Source of the DNA: an archaeon
GTDB lineage: Archaea > Nanobdellota > Nanobdellia > Woesearchaeales > UBA9642
Direction of reading: 5' to 3'
Length of the DNA: 64,000 nucleotides
Assembly: GCA_020057295.1 (NCBI GenBank)
Contig: JAGVGF010000005.1
Coordinates: 60,357 to 124,356, forward strand
The position numbers were made by a program, and so were the translations under genes. The notes beneath the pieces are model-generated. The model was not told the origin of the DNA, made no database searches, and saw only the letters and a list, made by a program, of their open reading frames with translations. Shown piece by piece: positions 17,918 through 27,659 of the stretch (positions are counted from its first letter, which is position 1; each line of letters starts with the position of its first letter).

Positions 17918-18793
17918 ATGCCACGTAAAGCTGTATATGCGGATCAATTTTATGAAAAGAATGAACAGGCTCTAGAGAGACAACTAACAGAGTGTTTTGA
18001 AGGAAAAAACGGGCCAGGAGCATTACCATTACTTAAACGTACAAAGAATATTCAAGCAGTAATCGCACCACATGCAGCATATCAGTTTTCTGGAGCATGC
18101 GCAGCATGGGCATATAAAGAAATAGCTGAATCAGAATTTGCAGACATATACATTATCCTAGGACCAAATCATGCCGGTACAGGAAACGCTGTAAGCATGG
18201 CAGGATATGAAACACCATTTGGCTTAGTACGTGTAGATCAAGACTTTGCGAAAGCGTTGTTAACTAAAAATTCTGAGTTAGTAGTTGATGAAGTTGCACA
18301 TGAAATGGAACATAGTATTGAAATGCAATTACCCTTCTTACAATTTGTTACTAAAGATAAGATGCATGAATTAAAGATACTGCCAATAATATTAAGCAAC
18401 ATAGATTATAACAAATTAGGACTTGACTTAAAGGAAACAATTGTCGAAAGTGGAAAAAAAGTTGTAATAATTGTAAGCAGCGACTTTACGCATTATGGAC
18501 ATAATTATCATTATATACCGTTCAGTGTAGATGTTCAAAAGAATATTTATGCAATGGACAGGAAAGCAATTGATTTTATTGAAAATCTTAATTCAGATGG
18601 TTTCATGGGATATATTGATGAAACGCAAACAACAATATGTGGCTTATATGCTATAGCAACCCTTCTTAAAACTTTGAAAAAGTCCAAAATAGAATTATTA
18701 CATTATTATACGTCAGCAGACTTAGAGGAAGATCTTCCAGAAGGAAAACGATACAAGAATTCAGTAAGTTATGCAGCCATCTTATTTAATTAA
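17918..18793 (+). CDS. MEMO1 family protein (AmmeMemoRadiSam protein B)
   Basis: IAPHAAYQFSG, ILGPNH, EHSIEMQLPFLQ, SSDFTHYG, TICG, VSYA. Confidence 0.93.
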   Translation: MPRKAVYADQFYEKNEQALERQLTECFEGKNGPGALPLLKRTKNIQAVIAPHAAYQFSGACAAWAYKEIAESEFADIYIILGPNHAGTGNAVSMAGYETPFGLVRVDQDFAKALLTKNSELVVDEVAHEMEHSIEMQLPFLQFVTKDKMHELKILPIILSNIDYNKLGLDLKETIVESGKKVVIIVSSDFTHYGHNYHYIPFSVDVQKNIYAMDRKAIDFIENLNSDGFMGYIDETQTTICGLYAIATLLKTLKKSKIELLHYYTSADLEEDLPEGKRYKNSVSYAAILFN

Positions 18794-18846
18794 TTATTTT
18801 TTTATTATTCAATTAGTTTTTTATATAAGTTCTATCAAATAAGATT

Positions 18847-20235
18847 GTGAAACGTCCTAAATTAACAAAGGAACAAATTAAGCAGACTGAAAATGCATCC
18901 ATAGCTGAGGGTGCTTCATGGAGTGTCATGTATGGTTGTGGTGAACAATATGTTACACCATATGCTATAAGACTTGGAGCAAGCACATCAGAAATAGGAA
19001 TAATATCTACAGTACCATCATTCTTAGGAGCAATATTTCAATTATTAGGTGCAAAGATTGTTGATAAGTATAAGACACGTAAGAATCCTGTAATATTATT
19101 TTCAATTTTACAATCATTAACATTACTGCCATTATTCTTAATCCCATTATATACTGATAGTGTATTATGGCTTACAATAATATTCACACTATACTTAATA
19201 TTCTCAAACCTCATTGCTCCAGGATGGAATTCATGGATTGGAGAAGTTGTTCCTGATAAGGAGCGTGCAAGATATTTTAGTAAAAGAAACAAGATAACAT
19301 TAACATATATGCTAGTAACCATAATACTTTCTGGAATATTATTGAATTATTATGAAGGAATAAATATTTGGATAGGGTTCGGAATATTATTCACTGTCGC
19401 ATTTATCGGAAGAGTAGTATCAATATATTATTTCTATAAACATTACGAACCAGAGTATATTCCTACAAGAGATAGGAGTTATACATTTAAACATTTTTTA
19501 GAACATATTAACAATAATAATTTTGGACATTTCATAATCTATAGATCCATAATGGGTTTAGCAGTAATGATTGCTTCACCGTTTTTTGCAGTATATATGT
19601 TAAAGAGTGTACATTTCTCATATCTACAATATAGTATTATAGTTTTAATTCCTATGATTGTAAAAATTTTTACGTTTAAATATTGGGGGAAATATAGTGA
19701 TAAATTTGGAAACAAGAATATTATGTTCATATCATCATTTTTAGTATCAATCGTACCTCTAGCATGGTTCCTTACAGGATATTTTATACATGAAGTATCT
19801 ACAATATTTGTAGTATTATTATTTGTAGAAGTAATTACAGGATTTGCATGGGCAGGATTTGAATTAACAACATTTAATTACGTTCTAGAAACAGTTCCTG
19901 TTGATAAACGTGCTAAAGGCATAGCATATTACAACATAATATTTGGATTCACCGTATTAATCGGCGGGTTACTTGGTGGATGGCTTATAGAGAGCAATGT
20001 CATAAGCGCAGATACAGTGGCTAATGTGTTATGGATATTTTTAATATCTGCAATCACGCGTGCTATAGTAACATTTTATTTCTATCATACATTAAAAGAA
20101 CTTACAGTAAAAAAGAATGTTGATGAAAAGAAACTATTTTACGAAATGTTAATTGGAAAACCATTACACTCAGCAATGCATCAAACGAGACACATGATAT
20201 TCTTAGTAAAAGACAAGACAGGAATGAAAAGATAA
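18847..20235 (+). CDS. MFS transporter
   Basis: About 12 TM helices. WGKYSDKFGNK motif-A-like loop. Confidence 0.85.
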   Translation: MKRPKLTKEQIKQTENASIAEGASWSVMYGCGEQYVTPYAIRLGASTSEIGIISTVPSFLGAIFQLLGAKIVDKYKTRKNPVILFSILQSLTLLPLFLIPLYTDSVLWLTIIFTLYLIFSNLIAPGWNSWIGEVVPDKERARYFSKRNKITLTYMLVTIILSGILLNYYEGINIWIGFGILFTVAFIGRVVSIYYFYKHYEPEYIPTRDRSYTFKHFLEHINNNNFGHFIIYRSIMGLAVMIASPFFAVYMLKSVHFSYLQYSIIVLIPMIVKIFTFKYWGKYSDKFGNKNIMFISSFLVSIVPLAWFLTGYFIHEVSTIFVVLLFVEVITGFAWAGFELTTFNYVLETVPVDKRAKGIAYYNIIFGFTVLIGGLLGGWLIESNVISADTVANVLWIFLISAITRAIVTFYFYHTLKELTVKKNVDEKKLFYEMLIGKPLHSAMHQTRHMIFLVKDKTGMKR

Positions 20236-20236
20236 C

Positions 20237-20905
20237 TTAAGAATGAGATTTCATAATAAATGATTCTTTATAGATATGTTCTTCGGGCACACCTATTATT
20301 TTCAACTCAGAAACTAATTCACTCATCATAACTTCAGGACCACAAACGAAATAATCATAGTCTAAAAATCCTTTTACAGATGTTACATCTTCTATCTTAA
20401 ATCTCTCTTTACTTCCTTCACGCGTAAAATATAATTTTACGTGAATATTATTTTTGTTTAAATACTCTAGCTCTGAGCGTAATGCCATCTCGTTTTCATA
20501 GCGACACGCATAATATACTCTTAAATCATTAAATCCTTGACCGTTAACTAATGAGTTTATCATGCTATACAGTGGAACTATTCCTATCCCTCCTGCAATA
20601 AACATTAATTTTCTATTTTGTCTTAATATGAATTTACCATACGGGCCGTAAACGAATAGATTATCTAAAATTTTTAATGAAAAAAGTTTGTGTGTGAATT
20701 CTCCGGCCAACTTTATGTAAAGAGTGATGGTTTTGTCCATTGCATTATATGTTGATACACTATATGCTTTTCTGAATTTAGATTTATCTTCAAACATTAA
20801 CATCATATACTGTCCAGCAATAAATCTTATTGGTTGATCTAACTGTATCTTAAACTCACGAATATCTTTAGCAACTTCTCTTATAGAAACAATCTTACCA
20901 TTCAT
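20237..20905 (-). CDS. ferredoxin-NADP reductase-like FAD/NAD(P)-binding oxidoreductase
   Basis: FIAGQY, RKAYS, GPYGKF, IAGGIGIVP, FVCGP, ESF. Confidence 0.9.
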   Translation of the reverse strand: MNGKIVSIREVAKDIREFKIQLDQPIRFIAGQYMMLMFEDKSKFRKAYSVSTYNAMDKTITLYIKLAGEFTHKLFSLKILDNLFVYGPYGKFILRQNRKLMFIAGGIGIVPLYSMINSLVNGQGFNDLRVYYACRYENEMALRSELEYLNKNNIHVKLYFTREGSKERFKIEDVTSVKGFLDYDYFVCGPEVMMSELVSELKIIGVPEEHIYKESFIMKSHS

Positions 20906-20983
20906 AATTCAAAGAATAAATCAGTATTTTATAAATTTTGATATGAAAAGATATTTAAATAAACTAAAACTTCCGAGAGTCCA

Positions 20984-21289
20984 ATGACAACGATAGTACA
21001 AACAGACAAAAGCAACGTAGCAGACAAAACCAAGAAAACACCAAAAATTCACACAGTATTGGATCAAACTGTCCAAGAAAATATTGGTTCTCAAGGAGTA
21101 TATAATATATTGTTGGATTTTCTTAATTCCGACAGAAAATTAACTCAATATGAAGAAGAAGAGTTTCTTAGAACTTCTGGTTTTGCAGTTTCAAGATTTG
21201 CAGATGATACTATTATAAGATTAGAGTATCAAGGTAAGAATCATTTCTTCTTTAAGCCAAACGGACACTACAAAAGATGGCCTGGCTAA
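20984..21289 (+). CDS. hypothetical protein
   Basis: 101-aa ORF filling the gap between neighbours. TATA-like sequence upstream. Confidence 0.55.
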   Translation: MTTIVQTDKSNVADKTKKTPKIHTVLDQTVQENIGSQGVYNILLDFLNSDRKLTQYEEEEFLRTSGFAVSRFADDTIIRLEYQGKNHFFFKPNGHYKRWPG

Positions 21290-23062
21290 TTATCTCTTAG
21301 ACTTCTTTTTAGGTTTAGAATGAACTTTCTTATGAACTGGCTTTTGTTTCTTTGATTCTTTTTTCGAAACAGTCTTTTTTGAATGTTCTGTAACTTCTAC
21401 CTTATCGTTTGGAAAGTTCATTAGATTAAATAATTCTGTAACATTTAATTCAAGTACTGCTACAGGCATTTCTATCCCCCAATTCATTAATACTTGAGGA
21501 TGTAGCTCTCCAACATATGCTATCTTAGAATTACTTAACAAGACTCGTGCAACTCTTCCTTTAATGAATGAACCATGTTCTGTCTCTGTCAAATCATATT
21601 TTAATTCTAAAGCTTCAGCAATTACATCTAATATTTGTTTTATTTTTGTAAAGTTTGCATCACTACCACATAAACCTATAGCTAGTCTATCTGTTTCCTT
21701 AACTCCAGTATCGTATGAATCGTCGAGTTTGAATACTGTTCCTATCTCAAATATATTTTGTGGATACTCGTAATGTTTATTGTATCGTAACGTTTCCATC
21801 AAGTTAGGAGTTACCCATGCTCTTAATACAGTATATTCTTGTGTAACACTATTCTCTAATTCTACTAAGTCTATATTATAATTCATTAATTTAGACTGAT
21901 TATCTTTATTTGTTAAATGATAGTTCTTAACTTCGATTAATCCTAGACCTATTAGTATTGATCTTAGTTGATTCTTGAATATGCTTATTGGCTTTTCTTG
22001 AGCTACTGTTGAAAATTCAGATAATGTTCCTTTAAAGTTTTCGTAACCGTGCGCTATTGCAATATCTTCAACTAAATCTATTGGATGTAAAATGTCAGCT
22101 CTATAGTTTGGAACTAGTGCTTTCTTATTCTTATAATCGTGACCCATTCTTCCTAAATATTTTTTAACATCTGACTCTTTTAGTTCTAAACCTAAAATCT
22201 TATTTACATATTCAACATCTAACTTTAATTCTCTACCACTAAGTTCTGGAGTTACATGTTTCTTATCAGGATATGATAAATCAACACTGTAAATGTGTCC
22301 ACCCATATCAGCAAGTGCCGTAACTATGATGTTCAAACATGTGTGTAAGTAATCAAATTCGAATCCTGAACATTCAATAAATACATCTTTAGTTGTTACA
22401 GCAATTTTTCCAACATTATTACTGTTAATTATTGGTGGCATACTCATTATTGATTGTTTAGCATCAATAAATACAGGATATTTTTCCTTACCATCAAGCA
22501 AGTAACCATACTCTCGTCCTGTTGGATGAATTGCTAGAATTTGTGAGCCAGTTAAATCTTTGTTTAAATCTAATGGCTTGAATTTTATCTCTTCAGGATG
22601 TAATGCCTTATAATATATTGGTGTCTTAATATGTTCTAGAGGATATATTCCTATAGCTGCCTTTTTCCTGTTACGCCCGTATGTTATATGTAATTTTTCT
22701 TGAATTTGAATTAATTCCTTAATCTTTTCATCAGTTAATTTTAATCCTTTAACGATTGCACATGCTGTAAATGGTCTTATACCTTTAACAGATTTATCTA
22801 CTACAACCTTAACACCACTTTTCTTAACATCATATTTTTTGAATCCTAACTTAATATCCATGAATGAACTTAATGCACGTGCAAGCCCCTGTTCTGATAA
22901 TAAGTCTGGTCTGTTCGGGAATACTTCTACCGTAACTTCATTCTCATCTACTCCTTCACAGTTTGCACCAAGATAGTTTATCCTATTAGAAAGTACTTCA
23001 TCGGAAACTTTTCTTCCAAGTAATTCCATTAAACTTTTCTTGTTGTATTTTACAGTTGGCAT
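21290..23062 (-). CDS. pheT: phenylalanine-tRNA ligase beta subunit (archaeal type)
   Basis: MPTV start, NRPDLLS, MPPIINS, YRADILHPIDLVEDIAIAHGY, GELHP. Confidence 0.96.
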   Translation of the reverse strand: MPTVKYNKKSLMELLGRKVSDEVLSNRINYLGANCEGVDENEVTVEVFPNRPDLLSEQGLARALSSFMDIKLGFKKYDVKKSGVKVVVDKSVKGIRPFTACAIVKGLKLTDEKIKELIQIQEKLHITYGRNRKKAAIGIYPLEHIKTPIYYKALHPEEIKFKPLDLNKDLTGSQILAIHPTGREYGYLLDGKEKYPVFIDAKQSIMSMPPIINSNNVGKIAVTTKDVFIECSGFEFDYLHTCLNIIVTALADMGGHIYSVDLSYPDKKHVTPELSGRELKLDVEYVNKILGLELKESDVKKYLGRMGHDYKNKKALVPNYRADILHPIDLVEDIAIAHGYENFKGTLSEFSTVAQEKPISIFKNQLRSILIGLGLIEVKNYHLTNKDNQSKLMNYNIDLVELENSVTQEYTVLRAWVTPNLMETLRYNKHYEYPQNIFEIGTVFKLDDSYDTGVKETDRLAIGLCGSDANFTKIKQILDVIAEALELKYDLTETEHGSFIKGRVARVLLSNSKIAYVGELHPQVLMNWGIEMPVAVLELNVTELFNLMNFPNDKVEVTEHSKKTVSKKESKKQKPVHKKVHSKPKKKSKR

Positions 23063-23076
23063 TTTATTCTCCTGAA

Positions 23077-23319
23077 TTATAATCCTTTAATCTTTTTACT
23101 TAATTCTTTCATATGTTGGTCGATGTTAAACATCCCAATCAAACCAGTTATTACAAGTACAATTGATATTAACATCAACTGGAAACTGTACGCGTAAACA
23201 TTGTATATGTAAAGTAACAATCCTGCGAATGTTACAATCATTACACCAATCATGAATATTAATTGTTTATTGTATGCAAGTTCCAAGCGTTTCAGCTCGA
23301 ACACTTTCTTATCATCCAT
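23077..23319 (-). CDS. small two-TM membrane protein
   Basis: 80 aa with two hydrophobic helices. GGGAG RBS. Lies between pheS and pheT. Confidence 0.65.
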   Translation of the reverse strand: MDDKKVFELKRLELAYNKQLIFMIGVMIVTFAGLLLYIYNVYAYSFQLMLISIVLVITGLIGMFNIDQHMKELSKKIKGL

Positions 23320-23356
23320 TCTTGCTCCCTAAACCTCTTTTACTGTAACTTTGCGT

Positions 23357-24901
23357 TTATTGTGGCTGTAATAACCATTTCTTCATACTTCGTAATTGTT
23401 TCAAATCATTTCTATTGAAATCTCGTAAATCTTGAATCTTATAATATGGAACTGCAACTCTTCCTAATCCTAAACCCCATGCGAGTACTGGACACTCAAA
23501 TCCTAGTAATGTTTTTGTAACTTCTGGCCTGAATATTCCTGCTCCGCCTAACTCAATCCATTGCTGTTTTTCTGGACTGTATGCCATTATTTCAGCACTT
23601 GGTTCAGTGTATGGAAAGTGTGATGGTCTTATCATTACTTTGGTATAACCCATTTTTTTGAAAAATTCGTTTAAGTAACCTTTAAGATTGTCAAAATTTG
23701 CATTTGGATCTACTACAATTCCTTCAACTTGGTAAAACTCGAATAAGTGATTCCAATCTACAGCTTCATTTCTGAAACATTTACCTACACTAAAGAATTT
23801 CAATGGTAAATCTTCTTTCTTTAATTTTGATAATGTGTGTGCAGATAGGACTGTTGTATGAGTTCTTAATAATAATTCTCTTGCTTTATCTTCATTCCAT
23901 GCACTCTTCCATCCTGTACTTCCTGTATCTCCACCATTCTCATGTACTGCCTTGACTTTCTTCTTTAAATCTTCAGGAATCGTTCCTTTAGATGGTTTCT
24001 TAATGTAAAATGTATCTTGCATTTCACGTGCAGGATGATCTTGTGGAACGAATAATGAATCTAAATCCCAGAATGCTGTTTGAACCATTTGACCGGACAT
24101 TTCCTTAAATCCTAGGTTTAACCAAATAGATTTTATATAATCTATTGCTTCATTCTCAAAATGTTTCTTACCATAATTAATTCTAGGAACAGGAAATTTC
24201 ACATCATATGATCTGAACTCTTTATTATTCCAACTCTTGTTTCTAATAACATCTTGTGTTAATCCATCAATTACATCTTTTGTCAATGTATCAACATTTT
24301 GTAATAATGATATCCCTACAGGAGTTAATGTTATAGTCTTAACTTTTTGTACTTCAACTTTTAAAATATTTTTTCTCTTGTTTAATTCGTTAAACGCGTA
24401 AATCTCTTCTGATGATAATATTTTTGGATCTAATGGGAATGATTTTTTTAGGAAAGTTTCTTCAATCATCTCTTTTTTTAAGATATTTCTACCAACATCT
24501 GTTAAAGAGACTAGAACATCATTGCCTTTCTTTCCAATGTTTATAGCATTCTTTCTCTTTAATAAACCTAAACACACCGATACTTCTTCTTTTGAAAGTT
24601 TTGAAGTCTTTTCAATTTCCTTAATTGACATCTCTCTGTTTAAAGAATTAAGGAACACTCTTTCTGGAAGTCCGCTTTTTAGATAGATTTTACCATTCTT
24701 ATCAAGAAAAACTAATTGCTTAGAATCTTCTTTAGAGTCTATTAAATTCTTATTTCTAAGCCACTGGATTGCTCTGATTACTTCTATCTCTTTTAAGCTA
24801 GAATTATCTACTAAATTAGGAATAGAGGAATATTTAGTCAGTAAAGGAAGTATTTTTCTTTCTAATGGATGAAGTCCGTCTATTATCTTCTGTATATCCA
24901 T
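23357..24901 (-). CDS. pheS: phenylalanine-tRNA ligase alpha subunit (archaeal type)
   Basis: PQDHPAREMQDTF, LRTHTT, FRNE, FPYTEPS, GAGIFRPE. Start MDIQKII follows a GGGGG RBS. Confidence 0.96.
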   Translation of the reverse strand: MDIQKIIDGLHPLERKILPLLTKYSSIPNLVDNSSLKEIEVIRAIQWLRNKNLIDSKEDSKQLVFLDKNGKIYLKSGLPERVFLNSLNREMSIKEIEKTSKLSKEEVSVCLGLLKRKNAINIGKKGNDVLVSLTDVGRNILKKEMIEETFLKKSFPLDPKILSSEEIYAFNELNKRKNILKVEVQKVKTITLTPVGISLLQNVDTLTKDVIDGLTQDVIRNKSWNNKEFRSYDVKFPVPRINYGKKHFENEAIDYIKSIWLNLGFKEMSGQMVQTAFWDLDSLFVPQDHPAREMQDTFYIKKPSKGTIPEDLKKKVKAVHENGGDTGSTGWKSAWNEDKARELLLRTHTTVLSAHTLSKLKKEDLPLKFFSVGKCFRNEAVDWNHLFEFYQVEGIVVDPNANFDNLKGYLNEFFKKMGYTKVMIRPSHFPYTEPSAEIMAYSPEKQQWIELGGAGIFRPEVTKTLLGFECPVLAWGLGLGRVAVPYYKIQDLRDFNRNDLKQLRSMKKWLLQPQ

Positions 24902-25437
24902 AAATAAACCCCCGAAATTTATGGATTTAATACATAAGACATATATAAAACTTACTATTATTAATAGACCATTCCCCGAGGACAAAAGCACAAAATAAGA
25001 ACGAATAATTACCACACAGTAACTAAACACTCATAACCTTACTCAAAACAGAATAAGACACAAAAGAGAAAGATTAAGTAAAAAAATAGAGAAAGATATC
25101 CCAAAACCGGAAAAAAAACACTAAAAAATAAATCAAACAAAAAAGTTTGAAAAAACTAAATAGTTTTTTATAAAAAAATAAAAAAATTTAGAAAATCAAA
25201 TTATAAGTATAATAAAAAAAATAAAAAATAATTATTGCTCTTAATAAAAAAATATTTTTCGAGACGGAAATATAATCTAAATTCATCCCTGCTCACAAGT
25301 AACATTTCTATAACTATTATATAAGGGTTAAAAACCGTAACATATATAAAGTAGTATTCATATTTCATTTTCAAGTGATAATAATAGTTGAGTAAAAAGG
25401 GGTGATTTACCGACTAAGTAATTGTCGGGGGGTTAAA

Positions 25438-26256
25438 ATGATAGTTAAAGACGAATTTTTAAGCAAGCTACGAAGATACTTCGGTCTTAACTTATACGAA
25501 GTAAAAATTTGGACAGCTCTTCTTTCAAGAGGCGTGTCAACAGCAGGAGAATTATCTGATATAGCAAATGTTCCAAGAAGCAGAAGTTATGACATTCTAG
25601 AATCTCTTGAGAAGAAAGGATTTGTTGTAATGAAAATTGGTAAACCAATCAAATACATTGCAGTATCTCCTAAAGAAATTGTTGAACGAGTCAAGAAAAA
25701 CGTTAGAATAGAATCTGACGAAAGAATAAAGAGATTAGAAGATCTTAAAGGAACTGACGTTGTTGAAGAATTAAATAGTTTACACACTCAAGGAGTAGAA
25801 ATTATTGAACCTTCAGACTTGTCAGGATCACTAAAAGGAAGACACAATCTATACAATCATATGGAACTAGTTATTAAGAGTGCTGAAGAAACAGTAACTA
25901 TAATGACTACAACAGAAGGATTATTAAGAAAAATAGAAGGTCTAAAACCGGTGTTTGAACAATTAAAGAAACGTGGTGTTAAAATAAGAATTTCTGCACC
26001 ATTAAACAAGGATGCTATACCAGCAGTTAAAGATTTAGGTAGTGTAGCTGAATTAAGACACACTGACAGCAAGGCAAGAATTATTGTTGTTGATAGGAAA
26101 GAAATATTATTTATGATCAACGATGATAAAGATGTACATCCAACATACGATGTTGGCATATGGGTAAACACTCCATTCTTTGCTAACGCACTTGAAGATT
26201 TATTCGAATTAGCATGGAAAGAGATGAAGCCTGCAAAGACTGTCTTGAAATTATAA
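25438..26256 (+). CDS. TrmB-family (TrmBL2-like) regulator or chromatin protein
   Basis: GLNLYEVKIWTALL...VPRSRSYDILESLEKKGFV wHTH plus PLD-like C-terminal domain. Confidence 0.9.
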   Translation: MIVKDEFLSKLRRYFGLNLYEVKIWTALLSRGVSTAGELSDIANVPRSRSYDILESLEKKGFVVMKIGKPIKYIAVSPKEIVERVKKNVRIESDERIKRLEDLKGTDVVEELNSLHTQGVEIIEPSDLSGSLKGRHNLYNHMELVIKSAEETVTIMTTTEGLLRKIEGLKPVFEQLKKRGVKIRISAPLNKDAIPAVKDLGSVAELRHTDSKARIIVVDRKEILFMINDDKDVHPTYDVGIWVNTPFFANALEDLFELAWKEMKPAKTVLKL

Positions 26257-26323
26257 ATTAATTTTATTTTTTATTATTTTAATTATCTTTAAAAACTGTT
26301 GGTGAGTTCTACCAGGTGTGATA

Positions 26324-26716
26324 ATGTATAATATACTTATAGCAGATGACGATAACGCAATAGCAGAAATGCTTAAAGAATATCTTTTACAAAAAAGACC
26401 ATCAAACACATATAATGTAGAGATAACAAATTCTGGAGATAGTACTGTTGCGCGAATATCTACAGGCGGTTTAGACTTCTTAATACTAGACGGTAGAATG
26501 CCTCCCGGACCAAAAGGTAGCGATATAGCTATAATGGTAAGACAGTCAGGAAATAATGTGCCTATAGCACTGTTTACAGGAAATCCTAACGATTACACAG
26601 ATTTGAAAGAAAAAGTATCTTTATGTGAAGTGTTTGCAAAACCTGCAGAATATGAAAAATTATTAGAATACGTGGACAGAATATTACTTACGAAACAAAT
26701 AAATCCTAAAAATTAG
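26324..26716 (+). CDS. stand-alone response regulator receiver (CheY-like)
   Basis: ILIADDD, LILDGRMP (phospho-Asp), FTG, AKP. Confidence 0.85.
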   Translation: MYNILIADDDNAIAEMLKEYLLQKRPSNTYNVEITNSGDSTVARISTGGLDFLILDGRMPPGPKGSDIAIMVRQSGNNVPIALFTGNPNDYTDLKEKVSLCEVFAKPAEYEKLLEYVDRILLTKQINPKN

Positions 26717-27630
26717 TTTTTTCTTACAACATATAATAATTCTTGACTGATATCGAATTTCTCAAATTCCCAACCTAATTTCTCTAATAATTTTTCAAAC
26801 CACCATCGTTTATTCATAGCAATATCTTTACTCCCACTAATGCTTACTGTTGGAAAGGTTATTGCAAAATATTTTGTCGAGATATTTTTAAGTAATTCTT
26901 CTGTAATATTCCGCTTTATTCGTTCTATACCATCAAGTGTTTTGAATATGAAACATATATCTACAGCTATTTTTTTTAATTTAGGAAAATTATCTTCTTG
27001 AGTTAAGTCTAAGGGAAATATTATTGCATCAACAGAAGTTTTATCAAAATATTCTTTTAAAAATTTGCAATCTTCAGAAGAGATATCGGAAGCGTAATAA
27101 CGTTTGATTTTATCTCTAAAAAATATGTTGCTTACAGGATTTAAGCCACACGCTAGATCCATAAAAATATATTTATCGCTTGTTAAAACTTTCTTTTCAT
27201 TCTCAAACTCTTCTATACGCTCAAATATTGTAGCATATAATTCCTCATAGTGATGCATTCTCTCTTTCGTAGATTTATGTAACAACAATAGTTTTGTGTG
27301 TACTTGTAATTCTTGTTCAGAATCTAACTCTTCATCTAATAAAGTTAATAGTTTCTCTTTGTTTTGATAACCATCCATTATAAAAACACCGTATACTTTT
27401 CTTAATTCTGCACGTATCTGTTTAATTAAGAAATCATGTTCCTTACTTTTCGTGAATTGTTTGTATGTTTTAGAATCTTCTAATTTATCTAGAGCTTTTT
27501 TCTTTTCCTGCTCGTAACTTTTACTTTTTAGAAATACTTCAAACTTTTGCAGAACGAATTTATCATCTAATGCTCTTAATTCCTTCTTGTCCTTGATATC
27601 AGCAATTAATTCGTTAGTATATTTTACCAT
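26713..27630 (-). CDS. ArmA/RmtB (FmrO)-like 16S rRNA m7G1405 methyltransferase homologue
   Basis: HKSTKER, DLACGLNP, YYASDI, FKTLD.IE and TFPT.SISG match FmrO-family motifs (HxSTxER, DxxCGxNP, SFPxxSL.G). Confidence 0.75.
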   Translation of the reverse strand: MVKYTNELIADIKDKKELRALDDKFVLQKFEVFLKSKSYEQEKKKALDKLEDSKTYKQFTKSKEHDFLIKQIRAELRKVYGVFIMDGYQNKEKLLTLLDEELDSEQELQVHTKLLLLHKSTKERMHHYEELYATIFERIEEFENEKKVLTSDKYIFMDLACGLNPVSNIFFRDKIKRYYASDISSEDCKFLKEYFDKTSVDAIIFPLDLTQEDNFPKLKKIAVDICFIFKTLDGIERIKRNITEELLKNISTKYFAITFPTVSISGSKDIAMNKRWWFEKLLEKLGWEFEKFDISQELLYVVRKN

Positions 27631-27659
27631 CGTTCCTCAATATAATTTTAATCCTTGTT

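Noticed and set aside
24902-25030. 43-aa N-terminal extension of PheS in the ORF track
   Set aside because: The RBS and homology support the ATG at 24901. The extension runs through the promoter region.
25410-25428. CCGAC/GTCGG hairpin overlapping the trmB RBS
   Set aside because: The stem is only 5 bp and could arise by chance.
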